From Chitinivibrionales bacterium (GTDB lineage Bacteria > Fibrobacterota > Chitinivibrionia > Chitinivibrionales > WJMI01): a stretch of 64,000 bases of DNA. The position numbers and the translations under genes are program-made. The stretch spans positions 6,192 to 70,191 of the forward strand of contig WJMI01000305.1 in the NCBI GenBank assembly GCA_014728015.1. Reading direction: 5' to 3'. Numbering within the stretch: position 1 is the first letter of the stretch; each line of letters opens with the position of its first letter. This document shows, piece by piece, positions 45,738 through 53,927 of the stretch. Under the pieces are notes generated by a model. That model did not search any database, was not told the DNA's origin, and saw only the letters and a list, made by a program, of their open reading frames with translations.

Positions 45738-48386
45738 ATGAGACTGAATCTTTCCATACTGCTGACCGCTTTTGCCACAGTATCGACACTGTTGGCCGCC
45801 GAAGTTGTCATCAATCCGGGCGACGACTGGGGTGCGGCCATCTCCAACAACCCCGCCGGCACGGTATTCATTATCAAGGCCGGTATCCATCCTGACCCGG
45901 AAATCAGCGATGCCAAAAACGGCATGCAGTTCATCGGAGAGGACGGTGCCATTGCGCAGGGCGACACCAGCGGCATGTATTTCGCCACCGGCTACGGACC
46001 CAACGGCAAGATTGAAGATGTTGTTATCAAGAACATCGAGATTCGCGGCTATGGTCTTGACAGAGACGGCAACGTTGGGTATTGCGACGGCGGCCCGCTT
46101 TCGGTGCATGACAGCAAGAACTGGCTTCTCGAAGAACTCGAGGTCCATCACTGCGGCGGAACCGGGATTACCACCGGTGAAGGCACCATCGTCAGGAACT
46201 GCTGGGTGCATCATAATTTTCAGCAGGGATTCGGCGGCAAGTTCAGCGGCGCCACTGTCGAGGGGTGCGAGAACGGGTACAACAATGTTGTCATCGACGG
46301 CGTCGACAGCAACTACTGCGCGTGGGAGCATTCAGCCGGCGGCAGCAAGTGGGCCATCTGTTCCACCCTGGTGGTCAAGAATTGCTGGACTCACCATAAC
46401 TACGGGCCCGGCTGGTGGACCGATATCTCGAACGAGGACATCACCTATACCGGCTGTCTGGTCGAAGAGAACGTTTCCATGGGGATATTCCATGAAATAA
46501 GCGGCAACGCCACTATCAACTGTAATATCTCGCGCAACAACGGTATCGGTCCCAACTCAGGATCCAATTTTCAACTTCACGTAGTGTCTTCGGGTCCCAC
46601 GGAGTTATGGGGCAATATCATGGATGTGCATGCATCGGGCGGCGCCGGATACCAGGTGACCGAGAACGGCCGCGAGTACCTGGCCCAGGATGTCGATTTT
46701 CATCACAATATCATTGTATATCGCCATACCACCGGCCCGGCAGTCGGCATGGGCTGCCAGATAGGCGGCGGGTGCGATGCCGTGTACAACGACAACGCGC
46801 AAAACATCGATTTTCACGACAACACCTACTACGTTCCCGATGCCAGCGCCGAGCTCTGGCAGTGGGACGTGGGCGACTGCGTGGACTTCACTACCTTCAA
46901 GACATATCACAGTTTCGGGCGCGGCAGCGAGGTGATCGAAACCGGCGATTTTCCGGATATCGAGGATCTCGATTGCCCGACCGGGTGCGAGGACGTGCTC
47001 GCGCCTGAGATTATCCTGAGGAACCGGCGCATGCATTTCGAGATCGGCCAGGGCGGCAGCGCATCGCCGCAGGTCGTTTCGGTCGGCAACATGACCATGG
47101 GCACGCTTGCCGATGTGGAAACCGATATCTCGTACGTGAACGGCAGCGGATGGCTCAATGTCGCGCGAAGCGGCTCGGGAAACACCCAGAAACTGACTAA
47201 TACGATCGACGTTTCCGGCGTGAGCGCGGGAGACTACAGCGCCAAGGTGCGCGTGTCGGCATCGAATGCCGACTACGTTCCGTGGTACTGGGTGCATATG
47301 AAGGTGACCGGCGAATCACCGGCACTTACCTCGTTTGACATCGTTCCGTCAAACGCGGTCTGTTCTCCCGAACAGAGCATCAAATTCATCGCCACGGCCC
47401 TTGACCAGTGGGACAATCCCCTGGCCGATCAGCCGTCGGATATCTCATGGTCGGTGACCGGCGACGGGTCCGTATCGAACGGCACGTATACGGCGGGCAC
47501 GGAAATCGGCGCCCATACCCTGACCGTTTCATCGGGAGGTGTATCCACCGAGCAGCCGGTGCGCGTGCTTAAGGCCGACCCGCTGGACATGTCGGAGAAT
47601 ATCAAGGACTTTCTGGTGCTGTGCGCGCCGGGCGGCTCGCCCAAGCTGAATGTGAGCAATTACGCGGGATCGAGCACGCATGTCATGGACGATGAGCACC
47701 TCCTGACACCTGCGCCGGGCGACAAGGTGACGGTTGGCGGCACGGACTACACCTGGACAATCATGCACGACGATGACGGTCAGTGGCATGATGATGCCGG
47801 CGGCGGCGAGTGGATAGCGTACTTCGCGATAACGGTCTTGAGCACAAAGGACCAGTGGGTCAGGTATAATGTCAGGCACGCGGGCGGCATGCGGATCTAC
47901 TCGAACGGCCTGAAGGTGTACGGGTATAATTCGTGGGACAATCGCCGGGCTGTCGCGAGCGATCCCGCGCTGCTCGAGCGGGGCGCCAACCAGGTCATAT
48001 TCAAGCTGGCAAGCAATACGTACCCCCGGTTCTCCGCGCACATTGATGATGCCCAATCCGGCGGGCTTCTCACCGATCTGTACTACACGCTCGACGATGC
48101 CGCGGGCGGCGACCTGACAATCAGCGGGCCGATGCTCAGCCGCGCGATGCGTCCCCTGGGCATCAGTGTCCGGCGGAGCGCCGGCAGGTATGTTCTCGAT
48201 GTCGCGGGCGTGGAAGGGTCTCACGAAGTGCGCGTGCTGAGTCTCAATGGACGGACCGTGTTCGTGCGACGCGGCATGGGTGAAGCGGCCTACATGATCC
48301 CGCGGAGCAAAATGGCATCCAGCGTATACGTGGTGTCGGTCAGGGCCGGCGAAAAGGTCCTGCGCAAGCGGTTCATCGGTTACTGA
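45738..48386 (+). CDS. Secreted beta-helix protein type 2 with Big_2, beta-sandwich and T9SS C-terminal domains (copy 2)
   Basis: Collinear with 28199-30943: FIGEDGAIAQGD, NIEIRGY, KNCWTHHNYGPGWWTDISNEDITYTGCLVEENVSMGIFHEISGNATINCNISRNNG. Tail: VLSLNGRTVFVRR...SSVYVVSVRAGEKVLRKRFIGY. SD: GGGGGGAACTCGT. Confidence 0.7.
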   Translation: MRLNLSILLTAFATVSTLLAAEVVINPGDDWGAAISNNPAGTVFIIKAGIHPDPEISDAKNGMQFIGEDGAIAQGDTSGMYFATGYGPNGKIEDVVIKNIEIRGYGLDRDGNVGYCDGGPLSVHDSKNWLLEELEVHHCGGTGITTGEGTIVRNCWVHHNFQQGFGGKFSGATVEGCENGYNNVVIDGVDSNYCAWEHSAGGSKWAICSTLVVKNCWTHHNYGPGWWTDISNEDITYTGCLVEENVSMGIFHEISGNATINCNISRNNGIGPNSGSNFQLHVVSSGPTELWGNIMDVHASGGAGYQVTENGREYLAQDVDFHHNIIVYRHTTGPAVGMGCQIGGGCDAVYNDNAQNIDFHDNTYYVPDASAELWQWDVGDCVDFTTFKTYHSFGRGSEVIETGDFPDIEDLDCPTGCEDVLAPEIILRNRRMHFEIGQGGSASPQVVSVGNMTMGTLADVETDISYVNGSGWLNVARSGSGNTQKLTNTIDVSGVSAGDYSAKVRVSASNADYVPWYWVHMKVTGESPALTSFDIVPSNAVCSPEQSIKFIATALDQWDNPLADQPSDISWSVTGDGSVSNGTYTAGTEIGAHTLTVSSGGVSTEQPVRVLKADPLDMSENIKDFLVLCAPGGSPKLNVSNYAGSSTHVMDDEHLLTPAPGDKVTVGGTDYTWTIMHDDDGQWHDDAGGGEWIAYFAITVLSTKDQWVRYNVRHAGGMRIYSNGLKVYGYNSWDNRRAVASDPALLERGANQVIFKLASNTYPRFSAHIDDAQSGGLLTDLYYTLDDAAGGDLTISGPMLSRAMRPLGISVRRSAGRYVLDVAGVEGSHEVRVLSLNGRTVFVRRGMGEAAYMIPRSKMASSVYVVSVRAGEKVLRKRFIGY

Positions 48387-48442
48387 AAACGAGCACTAAC
48401 GCTACCCCGCCCGGCCGGCCGAAGCCGCGGGGCCCTCAGCAT

Positions 48443-48480
48443 TGATTTGTCCCGGAGATTATTTACTAGTTTACCTCCGG
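48443..48480 (+). repeat. Exact 38-bp repeat, copy 1 (TGATTTGTCCCGGAGATTATTTACTAGTTTACCTCCGG)
   Basis: Identical to 53928-53965 in the same orientation. It contains the CCGGAG-N17-CTCCGG inverted repeat. Lies between the stop of 45738-48386 and the stop of the regulator 48502-50061. Confidence 0.9.
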
Positions 48481-48501
48481 AGTAAATATGGAGTACGACA
48501 G

Positions 48502-50061
48502 TTACAAGCGTGCTACACCGGCAATGGAGCCGCGGTCTATCAATTCCGGAACCGTGGCGATATTCCCCCGCCGGTCCGCCCGGATCGGGATGTCGCCCAC
48601 AAAAATGTGCGCCGCCTTATAGGCAATATCCTCGAGCTTCTGATCCACGGTAGTGACCGGCTCCCTGCTGAAATAGAGGTAGTTGTCGAACGCGACAAGC
48701 GACAGGTCCTTCGGTACTGCAATGCCCACATTTTTCAGCCAGTAGAGGTAGTTCACCGCAGCCCACTGGTTGGCGGCGATGAGAGCAGTCGCGCGGTTTG
48801 GTTTCAACAGGGGTGTCAGCGAGGGAACCGTGCGGGCGAGTTCCTGAGACAGGAGTTTTTCCCGGCGCGCGCGTGTTGCTTTCGGGTGTGCCGCCCGAAT
48901 AGATTCCCGAATCGAATCCACGTGATTGAACATGGGGTTGATGCCCATGTAGTCGTAGAGAAGGTTGTATTCGGGTTCTCTGCCGATAAGCCACAGGCGC
49001 TCGTTGTGTTCCCACACGGTCAAATCAAGGCGTGCCTGGCGGCACAGGTCGGCAATCAGCTCGCGGCGGTTTATCAACCAGTCTTCCCGGGCAAACCTGT
49101 TGGGAACAATCAACGCGGCGCTCCGGTGCCCTCGGTCCGCCAATGCTGATACTGCGAGTCTCACCAAGGCGCGCTCTTCACTGTAGCACCGGAAGAACGC
49201 CCGGCGGCCGACTGTCCTGCGGTCGAGATGCGGCAGGCGGTTTTCGATGTCGAGAAATACCACCGGCCTGTCGAACTGGCCCAGCCACGAGACCCAGTCA
49301 CGCATGTCGTCCAAATCCTTTTGGTGGACCACGACAAACGTACCCCGGTATCGATCGCCCAGCTTCTGGATTGTTTTCAGGATGTCGGCCCGTCCCGCCG
49401 CGAAGAAATCTCGGCTGGTGGCCCGGCGATCCGCATGCACCACAGTCGGTGCCTGAGCGATTTCCTTCTGCACCACCAGGTACTCGTGACCGAATCGTTT
49501 GAGCTCGGTACAGAAGGTGGAGATCATGAGATTGGAGTGCATGGTAAACAGGTCACGCCAGAAATCATATCCCTGCACCAGAATGAGAACGACCGGCTTT
49601 TCTTCTCGGGCCTTGTATCCAGGAGCGGGCGCCGCGGGCTGGGGACCCACAGCCCATCTTTTGCCCTGCCGGTGAATAAGACCTTCTGAAGAGAGAATCG
49701 ACATGGCCCGGCTCACAGTGCTGCCGGAGACATGATCGGTCAGGATGTAGTGGAGCTGCTTGGGGAGCGTGTCGCCCGCCCGAAGAATGCCATCGTCAAT
49801 TTTGTCCCTGACATTTCTGGCAAACCGTCCTGCCGAAGTATGATCGGAGAAGCTTTCACCAGGGATATCGAGCCGTACAGGCCTCCGCCTGTTGCGCAGT
49901 TTCACCAGGCCGCGACTCGACAGGATCCGCAGAGCCGCAACGGCGGTGTTCTTGGCCACTTCGGATTCGCGGACGATTTCACGCACAGATGGCACAGGCA
50001 AACCGGGATTGGCGCGGAGTGTTTCTTCGATTGTGGCGGCAATACGCTCTGCAAGCGGCAC
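48502..50061 (-). CDS. Transcriptional regulator, paralog 4: tandem GntR-type wHTH x2 plus LacI/PBP1-like sensor
   Basis: wHTH1: VPSVREIVRESEVAKNTAVAALRILSSRGLVKLRNRR. wHTH2: LPKQLHYILTDHVSGSTVSRAMSILSSEGLIHRQGKRWAVG. C-terminus: AANQWAAVNYLYWLKNVGIAVPKDLSLVAFDNY. GTG start preceded by AGGAGA. Confidence 0.75.
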   Translation of the reverse strand: MPLAERIAATIEETLRANPGLPVPSVREIVRESEVAKNTAVAALRILSSRGLVKLRNRRRPVRLDIPGESFSDHTSAGRFARNVRDKIDDGILRAGDTLPKQLHYILTDHVSGSTVSRAMSILSSEGLIHRQGKRWAVGPQPAAPAPGYKAREEKPVVLILVQGYDFWRDLFTMHSNLMISTFCTELKRFGHEYLVVQKEIAQAPTVVHADRRATSRDFFAAGRADILKTIQKLGDRYRGTFVVVHQKDLDDMRDWVSWLGQFDRPVVFLDIENRLPHLDRRTVGRRAFFRCYSEERALVRLAVSALADRGHRSAALIVPNRFAREDWLINRRELIADLCRQARLDLTVWEHNERLWLIGREPEYNLLYDYMGINPMFNHVDSIRESIRAAHPKATRARREKLLSQELARTVPSLTPLLKPNRATALIAANQWAAVNYLYWLKNVGIAVPKDLSLVAFDNYLYFSREPVTTVDQKLEDIAYKAAHIFVGDIPIRADRRGNIATVPELIDRGSIAGVARL

Positions 50062-50092
50062 GGGGACTCTCCTGTGTAGTACAGAAGGACTG

Positions 50093-50114
50093 AATAGTAT
50101 TATAATGTACTATT
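50093..50114. promoter_or_regulatory. 22-bp palindrome AATAGTA-N8-TACTATT containing overlapping TATAAT boxes on both strands (candidate divergent promoter plus operator)
   Basis: AATAGTATTATAATGTACTATT. TATAAT sits on the plus strand at 50101-50106 and on the minus strand at 50099-50104. It lies in the 140-bp gap between regulator 48502-50061 (minus) and the beta-helix gene 50202-51746 (plus). Confidence 0.45.
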
Positions 50115-50201
50115 TCAAGACTCCTTCTGCACATACTTTCTGCGCAAGTGGCACAGCCGATAGCCAAAGCATTTGGACAGCACAGATTGAAAGGTCGTGT
50201 A

Positions 50202-51746
50202 ATGCGCATACGACTCAATTTCGCCGCGTTGTCAATACTGCTCGTCGTGTCAGGTATCTTGGCAAGGGACACTGTGTATCTCTATCCTGGCAATCCGTTT
50301 CGCGATTCGGTTCAGGCATATCCCGAGAGCACAACGTTCATTGTCAAGGAAGGCACCCATTACCAGCCCCGCATATGGCCAAAGACCGGTGATCATTTCA
50401 TCGGGGAGGACGGTGCTGTCATGGATGGTGGAGACACCGCCTATCATGCGATAGTCGGCAACCAGACCGTCGATGACATTGTCATCCGTAATATCCGGTT
50501 CCTCAACTACGGCTCCGCTCCGCGGCTGTGTGTTATCACTGCCCGGGCCGATGCGTACAACGGCGCCCGCTGGACCATTGAAAACTGCGAGTTTGGATAC
50601 TGCAACGGCGGTGCCATCATGATAGGCGACAGTTTCGAGGTTCGCGGCAATTACATACATCACATGGGCCAGATTGGGCTTCTGGGGGGCGCAACCGGCT
50701 CGCTGGTCGAGAACAACGAGATTGCTTTCTGCAACTATGAAATGGAGAACTCGTTCATTTTCGAGGCAGGGGGCGCGAAATTTGCGTATGCGACCAATCT
50801 GATCGTACGCGGTAACTATGTCCACGACAATTTCGGCCCTGGTTTGTGGACCGATATCGACAACATGAATATCCTGTACGAGGGCAATATCATCGAGGAC
50901 AACCTGCAGTTCGGCATCTTTCACGAAATCAGCTATGATGCAGTCATCCGATGCAATGTGATTCGTAACAACGGTGCGGCGCATGACTCACTCGTGTGGT
51001 GGATGAAGCCCGGGCAGATAAAGATCGCCAACTCCCAAAACACCGAAATCTGTCATAATATCATCGAAGTGCATCCGAGCTTTGGCGATGGGATTGCCTT
51101 GTCAAATGCGGTTCGCGGAGAAGACTGGTACTGCAGAGATAATAGCGTGCACCACAACCATATCATCCACAAGGGAAAAAACGCGTCGTACAGCGGCATC
51201 AACGGCGTGGAGTCCGAATGGCACGAGGAGTTCGAGAACCTGTATACCCAGGCCGATAACCGGTTCGATGCCAACTATTATCATGTGCCTGATGACACCA
51301 CCCGCTACTGGTTCTGGCGCGGGACACGCTGGGACCATACGGGCAACGGGTTTCGCACATTCGAGGAATTCCAGGCGATGGGCCAGGAGCAACACGGCAT
51401 TATTGACCACGACACGGGCGGCAGTTACGCCTGCGCGCCGTGCCAGGACCTCGTTGACCGGATAGAAACGGCGCGCAAGATTTGCCCGGGAAGGATCGCG
51501 CAGCAGGGTTTGCGTGTCGGCGCGACCGCGCGGGACGGAAACTGTGTTGTTAAAATAACCGGCAACTGCGCGCCGCCGGTCGAAATCTGCATTCACGATG
51601 CCCGGGGAAGGCGCGTATCGCGAATTCTTGTCGGCCATGAGGTACAACGCATCGTGGTTCCGACATCATCTTTGGGCCGGGGCATGTACCTGGTCCGCGC
51701 GCATGCATCGGGAATGACTGCTGTCACCACGTTCGTGGTGCGGTAA
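50202..51746 (+). CDS. Secreted beta-helix protein type 2, minimal form (catalytic core plus T9SS C-terminal domain; copy 3)
   Basis: FIGEDGAVMDGGD, NIRFLNY, VRGNYIHHMGQIG, VRGNYVHDNFGPGLWTDIDNMNILYEGNIIEDNLQFGIFHEISYDAVIRCNVIRNNG. Tail: IHDARGRRVSRIL...GRGMYLVRAHASGMTAVTTFVVR. Start at the ATG at 50202. Confidence 0.7.
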   Translation: MRIRLNFAALSILLVVSGILARDTVYLYPGNPFRDSVQAYPESTTFIVKEGTHYQPRIWPKTGDHFIGEDGAVMDGGDTAYHAIVGNQTVDDIVIRNIRFLNYGSAPRLCVITARADAYNGARWTIENCEFGYCNGGAIMIGDSFEVRGNYIHHMGQIGLLGGATGSLVENNEIAFCNYEMENSFIFEAGGAKFAYATNLIVRGNYVHDNFGPGLWTDIDNMNILYEGNIIEDNLQFGIFHEISYDAVIRCNVIRNNGAAHDSLVWWMKPGQIKIANSQNTEICHNIIEVHPSFGDGIALSNAVRGEDWYCRDNSVHHNHIIHKGKNASYSGINGVESEWHEEFENLYTQADNRFDANYYHVPDDTTRYWFWRGTRWDHTGNGFRTFEEFQAMGQEQHGIIDHDTGGSYACAPCQDLVDRIETARKICPGRIAQQGLRVGATARDGNCVVKITGNCAPPVEICIHDARGRRVSRILVGHEVQRIVVPTSSLGRGMYLVRAHASGMTAVTTFVVR

Positions 51747-51781
51747 TACCAAACAAGCAACGGCCGTTCAGGGAGGACGCA

Positions 51782-53803
51782 ATGTACTGGACAGGCAACG
51801 CACTGGTATTGACAGCTCTTGCGCTTTTCTGGCTCGCGTGGGGAGCACAGGGGCTGGAAGGTATGCTCTTGGGATATTATCCCGACACCGATCAGGACGG
51901 CGTTGTCGATACCAATGCCTGCCCCGGCTATATCAGCCAGGAGAACGCGGGGGCGTTGTTCGTGTATTTCCTGGGCACGGGACACAAGGTGTATGTCGAG
52001 GAGGACGGCGTTCTCAGCGGTAGTTTTTCCCCCGACGGCAGCCGGATTGCATACCAGAAAGCGAACCAGGTGTGGGTATGCGACGTTGACGGGAACAACA
52101 GGCAGGCGGTGACAGCGTGCGGCACCGGCGATGCGGTCACCTGGGGAAGCGACTACATTTACTGGAGCGAGTTGACCAGTGCTGTGTACCAGGTCAAGGA
52201 GGACGGCAGCGAGCGGGGCGTGCTCCACGATTTCGGCCAAACCGTGTACAAGGCCGGCGTTTCGCAGGATGGCACCCATGTGTCGGGGTTTGCCATGCCC
52301 GGCCCCTGGATAATTGCGTGGGACAGCGCCACGAATACGACATCGAATGTGGCCTGCTGCAATTTCGGCGGGGGGTGCCGGGGGACATTTTCCCCTGACG
52401 GGTCGATGGTTACGCGTAACCGGTCGAACCACAACGACTGGGACATCATCGCCTATTCGCCCGGCGATCCTATCAACGGGTGGCCCGGCATCCAGCACAT
52501 CGATAACATCAATTGGGAGCCGTGCGCCGGCCGTACGGACGGCAAGGCGACATTCAACATGCATCGCTTTTCGACCAAGTCGAATGATTTCGTTGTGTTA
52601 ACGGGCGAAGGGGCCAACAGCGCATACGTATACCAGCTGTCCACACGGCAGTTTCACTATATCTGCCGCGGCATCGCGCTCGATTTCTGTCCGTTTTCCC
52701 CGTTCAACTCCGTTCCTGCGCCCGCCTTTGCGCCGCAGCAGGGGACTTTTGCCGATGCGATTGATGTGACGATTACCGGGACCGGCACGATTCGCTATAC
52801 CACCGATGCCAGCGATCCGACTGACATGTCGCTGCCGTACGCCGGGCCTGTTCATCTGACTGCAACCACCACGATCAAGGCGCGGTGTTTCAGCGGTGAT
52901 GACCAAAGCTCTATCGCATCGAAGACCTATACCAAAGCCGCTGCCGGCGCGCAATTGACTGCTATCCAGCTTGCGCCCGCGACAATGGATGTGGCAGGCG
53001 GCGGGCGGGTGCATTATACAGCAACCGCACTCGATCAGAATGGCGCGGAAATGCAGGATGTGTCTTTCACGTGGAGTGTCGATGGCGGGGGGACTATTGA
53101 TACCGCCGGTCTGCTGAAGGCCGGTATGATGGAAGGCGGTCCGTATACGGTACGTGTCTCTTCGGGCGGGGTTCACGCATCCGCGACATTCTCGGTGCAG
53201 GGCACTATCTGTCTTATTGAGCCGCAGGCGGCCGCACGCTATCGCGAGGGTGACACGATGCATGTCCGCTGGGAATGGACCGGCGCGGATACATATCCCG
53301 GCGGCGTGGTGGTGAGCTTCTCAAATGACGGCGGCTTGAGCCTGCACGATATCACGGGGACCAACAGCATTGCTTCCGGCGATGCGGCCTGGGGAGATCT
53401 GACCTGGGTGATAGGCCAGGGGCTTCCCGATGGTGTGTCCGTGCAAACACAAAAAGGTGTTGTGCAAATCGGCCGGTATGCCGCAACCGGCCTTGCATGG
53501 AACGGAACCACAAGCGAGCCGTTCACAGTACTGGCCAAGGATGCCGCAACGATCCCCTCCCCGCCCAGCAAATCCAGCCGCGCGGCCATACGAGCGGTTC
53601 GTGATGCGTTGCTGGTGACGATACCCTATCGAGGCTATTTGGAAATCGAGGTGAATGATACAAGGGGTCGTCGGGTCTTTTGCGAGGCCGTACGAGGCGC
53701 GGGAACGCGGCGCATTGAGAAGCGGTTGGCCCCGGGCGCATGGATGGTGTGTGTGCGCATCGACGGCCGATGCCTGACGAGCGCGCTCATAACCGCGCGA
53801 TAG
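51782..53803 (+). CDS. Secreted TolB/PD40-like propeller / CHB_HEX_C-like / Big_2 protein with T9SS C-terminal domain (propeller family P, copy 3)
   Basis: GSFSPDGSRIAYQKANQVWVCDVDGNNRQAVT. CHB_HEX_C-like: FAPQQGTFADAIDVTITGTGTIRYTTDASDPT...TTIKARCF. Big_2-like: TATALDQNGAEMQDVSFTWSV. Tail: IEVNDTRGRRVFCE...PGAWMVCVRIDGRCLTSALITAR. Confidence 0.55.
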   Translation: MYWTGNALVLTALALFWLAWGAQGLEGMLLGYYPDTDQDGVVDTNACPGYISQENAGALFVYFLGTGHKVYVEEDGVLSGSFSPDGSRIAYQKANQVWVCDVDGNNRQAVTACGTGDAVTWGSDYIYWSELTSAVYQVKEDGSERGVLHDFGQTVYKAGVSQDGTHVSGFAMPGPWIIAWDSATNTTSNVACCNFGGGCRGTFSPDGSMVTRNRSNHNDWDIIAYSPGDPINGWPGIQHIDNINWEPCAGRTDGKATFNMHRFSTKSNDFVVLTGEGANSAYVYQLSTRQFHYICRGIALDFCPFSPFNSVPAPAFAPQQGTFADAIDVTITGTGTIRYTTDASDPTDMSLPYAGPVHLTATTTIKARCFSGDDQSSIASKTYTKAAAGAQLTAIQLAPATMDVAGGGRVHYTATALDQNGAEMQDVSFTWSVDGGGTIDTAGLLKAGMMEGGPYTVRVSSGGVHASATFSVQGTICLIEPQAAARYREGDTMHVRWEWTGADTYPGGVVVSFSNDGGLSLHDITGTNSIASGDAAWGDLTWVIGQGLPDGVSVQTQKGVVQIGRYAATGLAWNGTTSEPFTVLAKDAATIPSPPSKSSRAAIRAVRDALLVTIPYRGYLEIEVNDTRGRRVFCEAVRGAGTRRIEKRLAPGAWMVCVRIDGRCLTSALITAR

Positions 53804-53927
53804 GTGCAGCCCAACGCCGACCTCAAATGAATACAGTATCTCCGGCGTCAATAACCTGATTGTCCCCCGGTGATTCCCCAGGGCAGTTTGCCGTCTCCAG
53901 CGAACTGCGGAAACGGGCCGAAACTAC

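Noticed and set aside
48446-48474. The 38-bp repeat as a Bacteroidota-type promoter (TTTG ... TAnnTTTG)
   Set aside because: TTTG and TAGTTTAC are present, but the spacing is 17 nt rather than 19-21 and the -7 element matches only partly. Copy 1 would also fire antisense into the regulator gene. Retained as a repeat, not called a promoter.
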